From the NCBI GenBank assembly GCA_963696385.1, contig CAVOKF010000007.1, positions 832,001 through 896,000 on the forward strand: a stretch of DNA of 64,000 bases, in the 5' to 3' direction. This document shows, piece by piece, positions 18,705 through 27,940 of this stretch (within the stretch, counting starts at the first letter, position 1; the number at the start of each line of letters is the position of its first letter). Made by a program: the position numbers and the translations under genes. Under the pieces are notes generated by a model. That model did not search any database. It was not told the DNA's origin and saw only the letters and a program-made list of their open reading frames with translations. This stretch comes from an uncultured delta proteobacterium. GTDB taxonomy: Bacteria; Myxococcota_A; Polyangia; Polyangiales; Polyangiaceae.

Positions 18705-20288
18705 CTACGCTCGCGCGTCCAGCAAGGGGGTCACTTGCCGGCTGGATCGCTCGACCATGGCCTGAATGCTCGTGTCGAGCGCCATCGAGTCGGCCGCCGT
18801 GGGGCCCCGCAGTCCGTAGCCATCTGGACAATGACGCAGAAGGGTCTTCGCGACGAGGCCGCGAAACCGCAAGAACGCCGCCTGCGCACCCTCATCGCCG
18901 CGTCGCGCTGCCGCCTCACCGAGCCGATTCAAGTCCGGCTCTTCGGCGTGGATGGCACAGAGCACACCCCGAACGGTCTCGGCTTCCTCGTCGACGATCT
19001 TCAGCAGTTGGGCCGCGTGCTCGGGGGAAATCTTCCTGTCGGCCAGTAGGGTCGCTTCGACCAGGTAACGGTTGAGCAGCAGGTGGAGGTAGAAGGAGTG
19101 AGGTGGGGGCGGCGACGGGTCGAGCGCGTTGAGAACCGAGATCAGCCAGTCGATCAGCAGCTGACCGGCCGGCCCGAGCTCCTGCCAACAGGACTCCTTG
19201 ATGGCTCGGCCGAGATACTGCGCGCGCTCGACCGCTTCGCGCCGATGGACCATGGCGGGAAACGACCCGGTCGGCGTACCGAATCGCTTGGCGAGGTCGG
19301 CCCCGCGCCGCTCACTCTGCAAGCAAAGAAGAGCCAGGTGCACATACACATGGAACGCGGCAACGGCCCGAAACGTATCCCAATAGTTCGACCGGTCTGC
19401 GGTCTCCAAATTCCAAATGGATCGGACGGCGGCTCGGGTCGGGCTCGATTCGGGCGAGAGATCTTGCGCCAGCAGGGAATGCGTATGGCGAAAATCGTAC
19501 AGCTTTTGGTGCAGCGATTCGTGGAACAAATGCTCGGCCACCCACCATGGATTGTCGAGCATTTCGCGGTTGAGAAATATCGCGCCGCCCACCCAAAATT
19601 CGGAGGCGGAGGCCTTTCGCATCCAACGACCCACGTGAGGGACGAGCACGACCACGTGCGCATGACTGAACGCGCTCCGCGCGGACGCTGGCAGCAGGAT
19701 TCCGAGCAGCTCCGCCCCCTTCGCGAGCTTGGCCAGATCGACCGCGTCAGGCGTACAGAGTGGCTCGCCCTGGAAGTAGTCGTGCACCTCCCTTCGAAAG
19801 GTGCGGCCGCACGCGTCGTCCGAATGCTCCTCGCTCCAGATCCACCCCCAGGATGGATCCCTTCCCAGACGACGAGGGTGGCCGAGGCCGGCCTCCAAAG
19901 GCCCCCCGCGCTTGCCCTCCTTGAGCAGACGAATCGTTTCCCGAAATACGTCCTCGCACTCGCCGAGTGGCAGGCTGTCCGGGGTCTGATTGACGACCTG
20001 AGCCAGGGCCTGCTGGACCGCGTAGCGTACGGCGGGATCGCCCACCACACGATACCGAGTGTACGGAGCGGCTCGGTCGAGCGCGCGCACCAGCTCTCCT
20101 GCCAGAGGCAGAGAGGACGCAAGTCTGGACAGGCGACCCTGGTAGCGAAGTTGCAATTGCGTGTGGATGTAGTCGCTATCGCCAAAAGGCCGATATTGGG
20201 CAAGCAGCGCATCGACCAGGTCGAGCGGGTGCTGGTTTTGTACGGGGGCGACTCGCCGGCCCGCGACAGCCCGATTCTTTGCGGCCAT
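18705..20288 (-). CDS. HExxH-motif protein (aKG-HExxH / HEXXH-domain family)
   Basis: Start MAAKNR at 20288, with GAGGAG upstream. SAS....GAIFL, VAEHLFHESLHQKL, SIW, AFHVYVHL. Confidence 0.72.
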   Translation of the reverse strand: MAAKNRAVAGRRVAPVQNQHPLDLVDALLAQYRPFGDSDYIHTQLQLRYQGRLSRLASSLPLAGELVRALDRAAPYTRYRVVGDPAVRYAVQQALAQVVNQTPDSLPLGECEDVFRETIRLLKEGKRGGPLEAGLGHPRRLGRDPSWGWIWSEEHSDDACGRTFRREVHDYFQGEPLCTPDAVDLAKLAKGAELLGILLPASARSAFSHAHVVVLVPHVGRWMRKASASEFWVGGAIFLNREMLDNPWWVAEHLFHESLHQKLYDFRHTHSLLAQDLSPESSPTRAAVRSIWNLETADRSNYWDTFRAVAAFHVYVHLALLCLQSERRGADLAKRFGTPTGSFPAMVHRREAVERAQYLGRAIKESCWQELGPAGQLLIDWLISVLNALDPSPPPPHSFYLHLLLNRYLVEATLLADRKISPEHAAQLLKIVDEEAETVRGVLCAIHAEEPDLNRLGEAAARRGDEGAQAAFLRFRGLVAKTLLRHCPDGYGLRGPTAADSMALDTSIQAMVERSSRQVTPLLDARA

Positions 20289-20482
20289 CCGTTCTCGCTC
20301 CTCGTCTACGTAAGTTGCGGCACGTGGGGGGAAAGCCGGCCTCGCGCGAATGCTTGAACGCGACCCGGAGCTTGTCAAGGCCATGCGGATCGATGGCAAG
20401 GCCGAGAAAGCCGCATGAGCCTCCCCGCCCCTGGACGTGGCCTATCGGGCCCTATCGGCCCTGCCCGGCCCCGCCCAAGGGC

Positions 20483-21457
20483 CTACCGGACGCAGCGAAC
20501 GTGAGCTCGGCTGCCGACGGCGGCCGCCCCCGAGCTGCCGCGCGTGAAGTTCACGCCCCACGCCGTCCCCGCCGGCGCAAGACTGGGCGAGGACGACCAG
20601 AAAAATTCGATCGGGGTATTCGGAAACGCCAGAGCGTCGATGGAGGGCTCGAAGCGAGTGACGTCGACCAGCGTCAAGAGCTCTCTCACGCTCGGCAGCC
20701 TCCAGGCCCCGCCGTTCGAGGTGATTTTCGAGCAGAAGGTCTTCGCGTCTTGCCACACGTAGTTGTCGTGCGCGACGGCGCGTTGCCAGGTGAGCCCGGT
20801 ACGGTCGTCGTGCACGGAATCTTCTGCGACCGAATAGGGGTTCACTTCGGGATCGGTGCAGGACGCGGGGCCGCGCACGCACCGAACCCGCCTGAACCGA
20901 GTGACGTCGTCGCCGACGTGCACCCCACCGGTCTTGAAGAAGACGTACCAGCCGAGGCCCGTATTGGTGATATCGGTTTGCGAGGACCAAAACGCCAGCG
21001 ACGACGTATTGGGGAATACGACCGGGTCCGCGGCTGGATCCGCCCGCGAGGTGTCCGAAATCGATGCCAGCTCGATGATGGCCGGTAGACGCCAATCGTG
21101 ACGGCCGGCCAACGTCAGACCGTCGCAGTAGTCGAGCGCCTGGCGGTGGTTGTAGACGCCGGTCGTCAGGACGCGCTGCCACGACAGGCCCGTCACCCGG
21201 TCGAGCACCACGTCCGGGTCGCTCGTGTCGTAGCTCTGCGGATGGGGCAAACCGGAACCACTGAGGTTCGGCATCGGCCACGCGGCGTGGCAGCGGGGGG
21301 CCTTCGGCACCTCGCTCGATCGGCCGGAGACCGTCGCCCCGAGTGCCGCGTCGCGTTGGCCACTCGACGCGGCAGGCGGTTCCCCCGGGTGCGCCTTGCC
21401 GGCACGGCAGCCGCTCGAGAGGGCCACGGCGACAAGTGGGATCGCGGCCAATCTCAC
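20483..21457 (-). CDS. DUF1566 tandem-domain lipoprotein (third paralog)
   Basis: Lipobox LSSGC, CHAAWPMPN, DRVTGLSWQ, HDWRLPAIIELASI, FWSS, RVRCVR twice. Closely resembles 2842..3789. Confidence 0.87.
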   Translation of the reverse strand: MRLAAIPLVAVALSSGCRAGKAHPGEPPAASSGQRDAALGATVSGRSSEVPKAPRCHAAWPMPNLSGSGLPHPQSYDTSDPDVVLDRVTGLSWQRVLTTGVYNHRQALDYCDGLTLAGRHDWRLPAIIELASISDTSRADPAADPVVFPNTSSLAFWSSQTDITNTGLGWYVFFKTGGVHVGDDVTRFRRVRCVRGPASCTDPEVNPYSVAEDSVHDDRTGLTWQRAVAHDNYVWQDAKTFCSKITSNGGAWRLPSVRELLTLVDVTRFEPSIDALAFPNTPIEFFWSSSPSLAPAGTAWGVNFTRGSSGAAAVGSRAHVRCVR

Positions 21458-21721
21458 GGGGGGGCTTCTCGGGCGGAGGCGCTCCGGCGCGTCTCAGCCG
21501 GCGAAAGGCGTAGAATACATCGCGCACGAGCGCAACCGAGACCGAGCGGGCGGCGTTCGCCTGCGCTTCAGGCACCCACGAGGATGCCCTGCAAGCGGGG
21601 ATCGTCCGCACAGCGGCGGCCGGAGCGGCTCATCGAAGCGCGCCGCCGAACGATGCGGACCGCACGTCCGCTGGGAAGTGCCCCTCAGGGTGGCTATAAA
21701 GCGGCTCGCCAGGGTGAACCG

Positions 21722-24004
21722 ATGAGCGAAACCAGAACGTGGAAGGCCGTCCTCGGCGCGCGCGTGCCCGAGGCGTGGGGTCGTGAGATCGACATCTTCG
21801 AGACCCAGATCGAGCTGCGAAAAAAAGGCAAGATCGAGGAGAAGCTTTTCGCCGAGACCCGGCTACGGCGCGGCGCCTACGGACAGCGGTACGACAACGG
21901 CCAGCGCCACGACGGCGAGAAGACGCAAACGATCGCGTATCCGTCCGGGGACGTCACCAAGGGACCCAGCACGCTATGGGACGCACCCGGCATGCAGCGG
22001 ATCAAGATTCCCTACGGTCGCCTGACCGCCGACCAGTTGGACGTCCTGTCGGACGTCGCCGAAGAGTACTCGGACCGCATCCTTCACGTCACGACGCGGC
22101 AAGACATTCAGCTGCACTTCGTCCACATCGAAGACACGCCGGATCTGCACCGGCGTCTCGCCGCCGTCGGCATCACGACGCGCGAGGCGTGCGGCAACAC
22201 GGTGCGCAACGTCACGGCGTGCCCGTTGGCCGGCGTGTGCCGAGACGAGAGCTTCGACGTGCTTCCCTACGCGCATGCGCTGACGTTTTTCCTCTTGGGC
22301 CATGACGACACCCAGGATTTCGGACGCAAGTTCAAGGTGGCCTTCTCGGGGTGCCGCGACAACGCCTGCGGGTTGACGAACTTTCACGACTTGGGGGCCA
22401 TCGCGCGCACGCGCCAGGTGGGTGGCGCGATCGAGCGGGGCTTCGAGCTCGTCGTCGGCGGGGGACTCGGGGCAGTCCCTCAGAACGCGCAAGTCTTCGA
22501 CGCATTTCTTCCGGAAGCCGAGCTTCTGCCGATGGCGCAAGCGATCAGCCGGGTGTTCTCGCGTCTGGGCGAGCGGCACAACCGGGCGCGCGCGCGCTTC
22601 AAATTCGTCGTCAAGAAGCTCGGCATCGAAGAGACCCAGCGGCTCGTTCTCGAGGAGCGCGCGCAACTGCGGCCGGACCCGCGGTGGACGGCGTTCCTCG
22701 ACGATTTGCACGCCCAGGACGAGAAGCCTCTCCGACCGCCCGGACCGATGCCCGGCGGCCCGCAGTCGCCCGCCTTTGCGCGATGGCGCGAGACCAACGT
22801 CGTCGCCCAACGCCAGCCGGGGTACGTGGCGGCGCTCATCACGCTGCCCTTGGGGGACCTCACGTCCGAGCAGGGTCGCGCACTTGCGGACGTCTCGCGC
22901 CGATTCACCGGCGACACGTTGCGGACCACCGCCGACCAAAACCTGTTGCTTCGTTGGGTGAGCGAGGCGGATCTGCCCGGCCTCCACGCCGCGCTCGAGT
23001 CCATCCATTTGGCGGAGCCCGGGGCGGGGACCATCAGCGACATCACGGCTTGCCCCGGCACCGATACGTGCAAACTCGGGATCTCGTCGTCGCGAGCCCT
23101 CGCCGCCCAGCTGAGCAAGGAGCTGCGCGCTTCGGGCCTCGACCAAGACCCGAACGTCAAGCACTTGCACATCAAGACAAGCGGCTGCTTCAACTCCTGC
23201 GGACAACATCACGTCGCCGATCTTGGCTTTCTCGGCGTCAGCCGCACGGTCTCGGGGCGGCGGGTCCCGCACTTCCAGCTCGTCGTGGGCGGCCAGTGGA
23301 CGCACAATGGCGGGTCGTACGGCCTCGCCATCGGGGCCGTGCCCTCCAAGCGCGTGCCCGAGGTGGTCAGGCGCCTGACCGAGCGCTACTCGGCGGAGCG
23401 GACCGACGGCGAATCGTTCGCCGATTTCACCAAGCGCATCGGCAAAAAGACCATCCGCGCCCTGGTCGAGGAACTGCAACGGCTGCCGTCCTACGAACAG
23501 GACCCGAGCCACTTCAGCGACTGGGGCGATCCGCGCGAGTACACCCTCTCGGACATGGCAGAAGGCGAATGCGCCGGCGAGGTCGTGCCGTACGTCGAAG
23601 TCGAGCTGGCCGCGGCCGAGCGGGAGATCTTCGAATCGCAGCTGCTGCTCGACGACGGAAAGACCGATCTGGCGGCCGCGCGCGCGCTCAGCGCGATGCT
23701 GGTCGGTGCGCGGGCGCTCAGCCGGGAGAAAAGCACGAACCTCGGCACCGAGCCCGAGGAAGTCGTCGCCGAGTTTCGCAAGCACTTTTACGACACCCAG
23801 GTGTTCTTCGATCCCTTCGCCGGGGGCAAGTTCGCCCATTACCTATTTCGCGCGTACGAGGAGCGCCGCAAGCCGGCCACCGCCGAGACGGCCCACCAGC
23901 TGATCGAGGAGGCGACCCTGTTCGTGGACGCCGCCCATCAGTGTTACACGCGGATCCGCGCCGCGTCCGCCGGTTCGCTGGCGTCGCTCGGGCCGAGCGC
24001 CTAG
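21722..24004 (+). CDS. Ferredoxin-type nitrite/sulfite reductase (siroheme/4Fe-4S) with C-terminal helical extension
   Basis: Start MSETRTW. RLRRGAYGQR, MQRIKIPYG, HVTTRQDIQ, RKFKVAFSGC, ACPGTDTC, IKTSGCFNSCGQH. Confidence 0.9.
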   Translation: MSETRTWKAVLGARVPEAWGREIDIFETQIELRKKGKIEEKLFAETRLRRGAYGQRYDNGQRHDGEKTQTIAYPSGDVTKGPSTLWDAPGMQRIKIPYGRLTADQLDVLSDVAEEYSDRILHVTTRQDIQLHFVHIEDTPDLHRRLAAVGITTREACGNTVRNVTACPLAGVCRDESFDVLPYAHALTFFLLGHDDTQDFGRKFKVAFSGCRDNACGLTNFHDLGAIARTRQVGGAIERGFELVVGGGLGAVPQNAQVFDAFLPEAELLPMAQAISRVFSRLGERHNRARARFKFVVKKLGIEETQRLVLEERAQLRPDPRWTAFLDDLHAQDEKPLRPPGPMPGGPQSPAFARWRETNVVAQRQPGYVAALITLPLGDLTSEQGRALADVSRRFTGDTLRTTADQNLLLRWVSEADLPGLHAALESIHLAEPGAGTISDITACPGTDTCKLGISSSRALAAQLSKELRASGLDQDPNVKHLHIKTSGCFNSCGQHHVADLGFLGVSRTVSGRRVPHFQLVVGGQWTHNGGSYGLAIGAVPSKRVPEVVRRLTERYSAERTDGESFADFTKRIGKKTIRALVEELQRLPSYEQDPSHFSDWGDPREYTLSDMAEGECAGEVVPYVEVELAAAEREIFESQLLLDDGKTDLAAARALSAMLVGARALSREKSTNLGTEPEEVVAEFRKHFYDTQVFFDPFAGGKFAHYLFRAYEERRKPATAETAHQLIEEATLFVDAAHQCYTRIRAASAGSLASLGPSA

Positions 24005-24015
24005 CAGGAGAATCC

Positions 24016-24622
24016 GTGGATGCGCAGAAGCTGCAGCTGAAAATCTTCGTGACGCCCGAGTCGGCGCAGGCCGTCCGGCTCGATGCTTTCATCGGGATAT
24101 TTCATCGGTGGATCAAGGACCACGTCTTGCCCGAGCTCGTGGTCGACGTCGCCAATTACGCCCATGTGCCCGAGGGCCCAGGGGTGGTCCTCATCGGTCA
24201 CGAGTCGGATTACTTCATGGACGAGGGCGAAGGGCGGCTCGGCTTCATGCACAGCCGCAAGCGCGCGGGCCCTCCGCCCGCCGAGCGCCTCCATGACCTC
24301 GCGCGGCGGACGTTCTACGCCGCCCGGCTGCTCGAACAGGATCCCCTCGCTGTCCGGGGGTCTTCGCTTCGCGACGAACGAATTGCTTTTTCGAATCAAC
24401 GATCGGCTCGTCGCACCGGCCACCGACGCGACGTTCCGAACGGTCCAACCGGAGTTGGAGTCGTGGGCCGACCGGGTCTTCGCCGGATCCTTTGGGGTAT
24501 CGCGATCGGGCGGCCCCGGGGACCTGCTGGCCGCGCGGGTGACGAGCCCGACGAGCCCATCGCTGCAGACCCTGCTCGATCGGGTGGGCGGACCCCCCGC
24601 AACGCGCGCGACTTCCGGTTAG
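24016..24622 (+). pseudogene. Hypothetical protein downstream of the reductase, with apparent +1 frameshift at ~24343-24346
   Basis: AGGAG RBS and GTG at 24016. Reads VDAQKLQLKIF...LLEQDP; removing one C of cccc continues SLSGGLRFATNELLFRINDRL to TAG at 24620-24622. Confidence 0.7.
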
Positions 24623-24719
24623 CGGGAGCGAGGCGCCCGGAGCGTGAACACGGGCCTGCCGTGTGGCGGGCGGCCGTTGGACCTCTCGGGGTGAGCTTGA
24701 GGATCCCCCGCGGTCTAGT

Positions 24720-25676
24720 CTAGTCGTGTGGGTCGTCACGCCTGGCGACGGTCCAATTCAGGTCCCAGCTGAGCTTGTCGTCGCGGATGCGAAACGTGGC
24801 GGTGCAGACTTGGCCCCGAGAGACCAGCATGCGCTGCATGAAATGAATCGAGTTCGCCCAATTGCCGCCGAACGACCGGCACCGCGTTTCGATCGAGACG
24901 CCTTTGGCCAGCTTGAATTCCGCCCAATTCAACATGCCGTCGCAGACATTTTCGCGGATGACTTCCGAGACTTGCGTACTGTCCTGTGGCCTAAAATCCA
25001 TCAAGTCGTAGGTCGGAGTGCTGACGGTGGTGGAGACTTCGCGCCAGGGCTCGATGGGCTGCATCCAAAACAGTTGGTTGGTGCCCACCTCCCTGTTGAG
25101 CGCGCTGAGGTCGAACCCCAGGATGGGGCAGAGAACTTCGACCTGCTCTCGGATGCCGCTCATGTTGACGAGGCAGTGCTTGAACACGATATTTTCGGGG
25201 ATGATTTTCGCCTTGGGCGACAGCAGCGGCTTGACGTGATCGAGGATGAGCAGGATCCCCTCGTCGATGCCCTGAGTTCCGATGGTCTCCGTCACGAACA
25301 CGTCGATCGGTTCCTGGATCACCCCCAAGCTAACCAGATCTTTCGAATGGACGTTCAGTAGCGTGATCTTGTCCGATAGGCCGTTGGCCTCCACGACCGT
25401 GCGCGCGACTCGATACAGCAAAGGCGACTGCTCGATGCTGTAGACGTGCTTGGCTCCGAGACGCGCCGCGATGCAGCTCAGCAGTCCGGCCCCCGTGCCC
25501 ACTTCGAGCACCAGGTCGCCTCGCCTGATTTTCGCCTTCATGGCGTCGCGGTATTTTTGACCGCGAGGCAGGTCGTTGACCATCAAGATGTGCTCTCGAA
25601 TGGACAGCTCCCCGGTTCCGATTGGCGCTGACGCAAACGAATTGTCGGGCTTCGCCCCGTTCTCCGTTGAATCCAT
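24720..25676 (-). CDS. Protein-arginine-methyltransferase (PRMT)-like SAM-dependent methyltransferase
   Basis: H..MVND..R...Y, VLEVGTGAGLLS, VYSIE, IDVFVTETIGTQGIDEG (double-E loop), LLSPKAKIIP, then a beta-rich C-domain. Confidence 0.8.
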   Translation of the reverse strand: MDSTENGAKPDNSFASAPIGTGELSIREHILMVNDLPRGQKYRDAMKAKIRRGDLVLEVGTGAGLLSCIAARLGAKHVYSIEQSPLLYRVARTVVEANGLSDKITLLNVHSKDLVSLGVIQEPIDVFVTETIGTQGIDEGILLILDHVKPLLSPKAKIIPENIVFKHCLVNMSGIREQVEVLCPILGFDLSALNREVGTNQLFWMQPIEPWREVSTTVSTPTYDLMDFRPQDSTQVSEVIRENVCDGMLNWAEFKLAKGVSIETRCRSFGGNWANSIHFMQRMLVSRGQVCTATFRIRDDKLSWDLNWTVARRDDPHD

Positions 25677-25735
25677 GGTCGTCGCCTCGAGACCGGGACA
25701 GGTCGAGCGGTCGGCCGGGACCGCGAGAGGTCACG

Positions 25736-26242
25736 TCACGGGGTGCGAAGGCTGAGCGGGCCGAGGTAATCGCGCTTGCCCACGTTGACCCCGTTATGGC
25801 GCAGGATCGCGTACGCGTGCGTGAGGTGGAAAAAGTAGTTGGGAACGGCGTATTCGAGGAAATAGTCCGCCCCGGTCATGACTTTTCCCTCCCAGCGCGG
25901 TTGCGAGACGATGCGAGTCGCCGCGCCCTGGAAGTCGGCCGCGGAAAAGCCGTCGAGATAGGCGATGACGGAACGGATGCGCGCACGAAGCTCGTCGAGC
26001 GTTTGCTCGGTGTCGGGGTGCGTCGGCGCGTCCTTGCCCGTGAGTCGGGAGGCCGCGAACTTGGCCGTGTCGCACGCGCTCTGAACCTGACGCGCGAACG
26101 CGAACTGATCCGGCGCGAGCCGAAGCCCGAGGAACACGTTGGGGTCGAACGATTTTGCTTTTGCAAAGGACCCCGCGCTCTCGAGCCACGTGTCGAGCTG
26201 CCCGAGCAGCTTCTTCATCTCACCGAGGATGGCGTAATACAT
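25736..26242 (-). CDS. DUF1993 family protein
   Basis: Start MYYAIL. RLAPDQFAFARQVQSACDTAK, TLDELRARI, PNYFFHLTHAYAILRHNGVNVGKRDYLG. Confidence 0.92.
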   Translation of the reverse strand: MYYAILGEMKKLLGQLDTWLESAGSFAKAKSFDPNVFLGLRLAPDQFAFARQVQSACDTAKFAASRLTGKDAPTHPDTEQTLDELRARIRSVIAYLDGFSAADFQGAATRIVSQPRWEGKVMTGADYFLEYAVPNYFFHLTHAYAILRHNGVNVGKRDYLGPLSLRTP

Positions 26243-26390
26243 GGGCGGACTGTAGCCGATCGAAGAGCGTCGCGTACGCCGATCCGAGACAACCGGGGAT
26301 CCTTTCCGTGGACGTCCTCGGGGGCTTGCGCCTCGGATCCGCGGGCCACGCTGCCGCCCGCCGTGCCCGGAGGGTACACTGCCGGCGAGA

Positions 26391-26993
26391 TTGCCTCGTG
26401 AGCTCACGGCTGTGACCGCCCACCTCGCCCGAACTTCCCTCACCGTGCTCGCGGGGGCGTACCTGGCCGGGGTCTGGCTGGATGGGGTCGGCAGCACCCT
26501 GGCTTCGGCCCATCTGCCGCTCACCGCAAACTATTTCCTGCAGGTGGCGGCGCTCTTCCCGAAGGCAGCCGTCATGTCGATCGATTATCGCGCCGAGGGC
26601 TGGGTGTGCGCGGACAATCGATGGGAAGAGTTCGACACTCGACCTTATTTTCCGATCGATTCGGACAACAAGGAGAACCGCTTTCAGAGAGTGATGCACT
26701 TCTTTCGCGAGCAGCGGACGACCATGCACGCGCTCGAAGCCTATCTCGTCGACCGCCACAACTCCGGTCGTCTGGACGACGGGCTGGCTCGGGACAAGAC
26801 GATCACCGGGATTCGCCTGGTGAGCCTGCGCACCCCCTTGCCCGAGCCCGGGGACCGCCTGGAGCCGTTGCGGCGACGGCCGCTATCGGAGTACGCCGAC
26901 AGCCAGAAGCAACCTTTTTACCATACGCCGAAGTCCAAGATCGCGGACCGATGCGCGTCCGGCAACCCGGACCTCCACCGAGAGGTCCCATGA
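26391..26993 (+). CDS. Membrane-anchored hypothetical protein, partner of the HTTM gene
   Basis: N-terminal hydrophobic segment, YFLQVAALFP. ATGA overlap with the next gene. Confidence 0.7.
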   Translation: MPRELTAVTAHLARTSLTVLAGAYLAGVWLDGVGSTLASAHLPLTANYFLQVAALFPKAAVMSIDYRAEGWVCADNRWEEFDTRPYFPIDSDNKENRFQRVMHFFREQRTTMHALEAYLVDRHNSGRLDDGLARDKTITGIRLVSLRTPLPEPGDRLEPLRRRPLSEYADSQKQPFYHTPKSKIADRCASGNPDLHREVP

Positions 26994-27934
26994 GGTCACG
27001 AGGCTTCGGCGGAATTTCCGGGTGGCTCGACGAACCGGTGGAGCTCGTGCGGCTCGCGCTGGTTCGCATCCTCGCACCTCTTTCGATCCTCGGCTTCATG
27101 TCGACGCGGCTTGCGCATGCCGACGAATGGATCGGCGACGCCGGCTTTCGCGTGCCCGATCTGGGCGGCGACTGGCGCCAGCCGATCTTCGTGCCGGCGC
27201 TGCCGTCGGGCTGCGCGTGGGCGGTCGCCGCGACCATGATCGCCTCGGGGCTCAGCTGCTCGGTGGGTTGGAAGACCCGGCCGAGCGCGCTGATTTTTGC
27301 GGCCACGCTCGCCTTCGTCGCCCTTTCCGACCGACTGGCCGCGTTCACCGTGAGCAAGCTGTCGCCGGTCGTCATGCTGGCGGTCGCCATCGGGCCCGCC
27401 GGCAGCCGGCTCGGGATCGACGCGTGGTGGGCGGCGCGACAGGGAGCCGCTCCTTCCGAGGCGATGGCGCCGGCTCGAAGCGTGCGGTTCCTGCAGCTTT
27501 TGCCGATCACGATCTACAGCGCATCGGGAATCGCCAAGGCGCGTGGGGATTGGCTCAAGGTGCCCCTCGTGCTCTGGACGCACCTGCACGACAGCTATCA
27601 AACGTCGATCTCGTTCGCGCTCGCGTCGGTGCTGCCCGGCTGGGCGTGGACCGTGTTTCAAGGGCTCGTCTTGGCCTTCGAGGTCTTCGCGCCATTGTGG
27701 TTCTGGCTGCCGCGTACGCGCACCCCAGCGCTCGTCTTCGGGCTCGGCATGCACGCGATGATCGGTCTCATGTTCGGCCCCGTCCTATGGTTCGCACTCT
27801 TGATGATGACCCTTCTCGCCGCCGGATACCTGCCGGATCGCTTCGTCGCGCCCCTCGATGGCGCTGCCGATCACCTCGAGAAGCGACGACCCGAGCGGGG
27901 GCCAACGTCGAGAGCTCGGCCGGTGCCCAAGTGA
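26990..27934 (+). CDS. HTTM-domain membrane protein (vitamin K-dependent gamma-carboxylase-like/SdpB-like)
   Basis: Start MRSRGF. LALVRI, VGWKTR, LGIDAW, LQL....IYSASGIAK..GDW, LAFEVFAPLW, FGLGMHAMI. Confidence 0.82.
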   Translation: MRSRGFGGISGWLDEPVELVRLALVRILAPLSILGFMSTRLAHADEWIGDAGFRVPDLGGDWRQPIFVPALPSGCAWAVAATMIASGLSCSVGWKTRPSALIFAATLAFVALSDRLAAFTVSKLSPVVMLAVAIGPAGSRLGIDAWWAARQGAAPSEAMAPARSVRFLQLLPITIYSASGIAKARGDWLKVPLVLWTHLHDSYQTSISFALASVLPGWAWTVFQGLVLAFEVFAPLWFWLPRTRTPALVFGLGMHAMIGLMFGPVLWFALLMMTLLAAGYLPDRFVAPLDGAADHLEKRRPERGPTSRARPVPK

Positions 27935-27940
27935 GCCGGA

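Noticed and set aside
2842..21457. Diversity-generating retroelement targeting the DUF1566 genes
   Set aside because: DUF1566 is a known DGR target fold, but I saw no reverse transcriptase, Avd or adenine-specific template repeat in the window.
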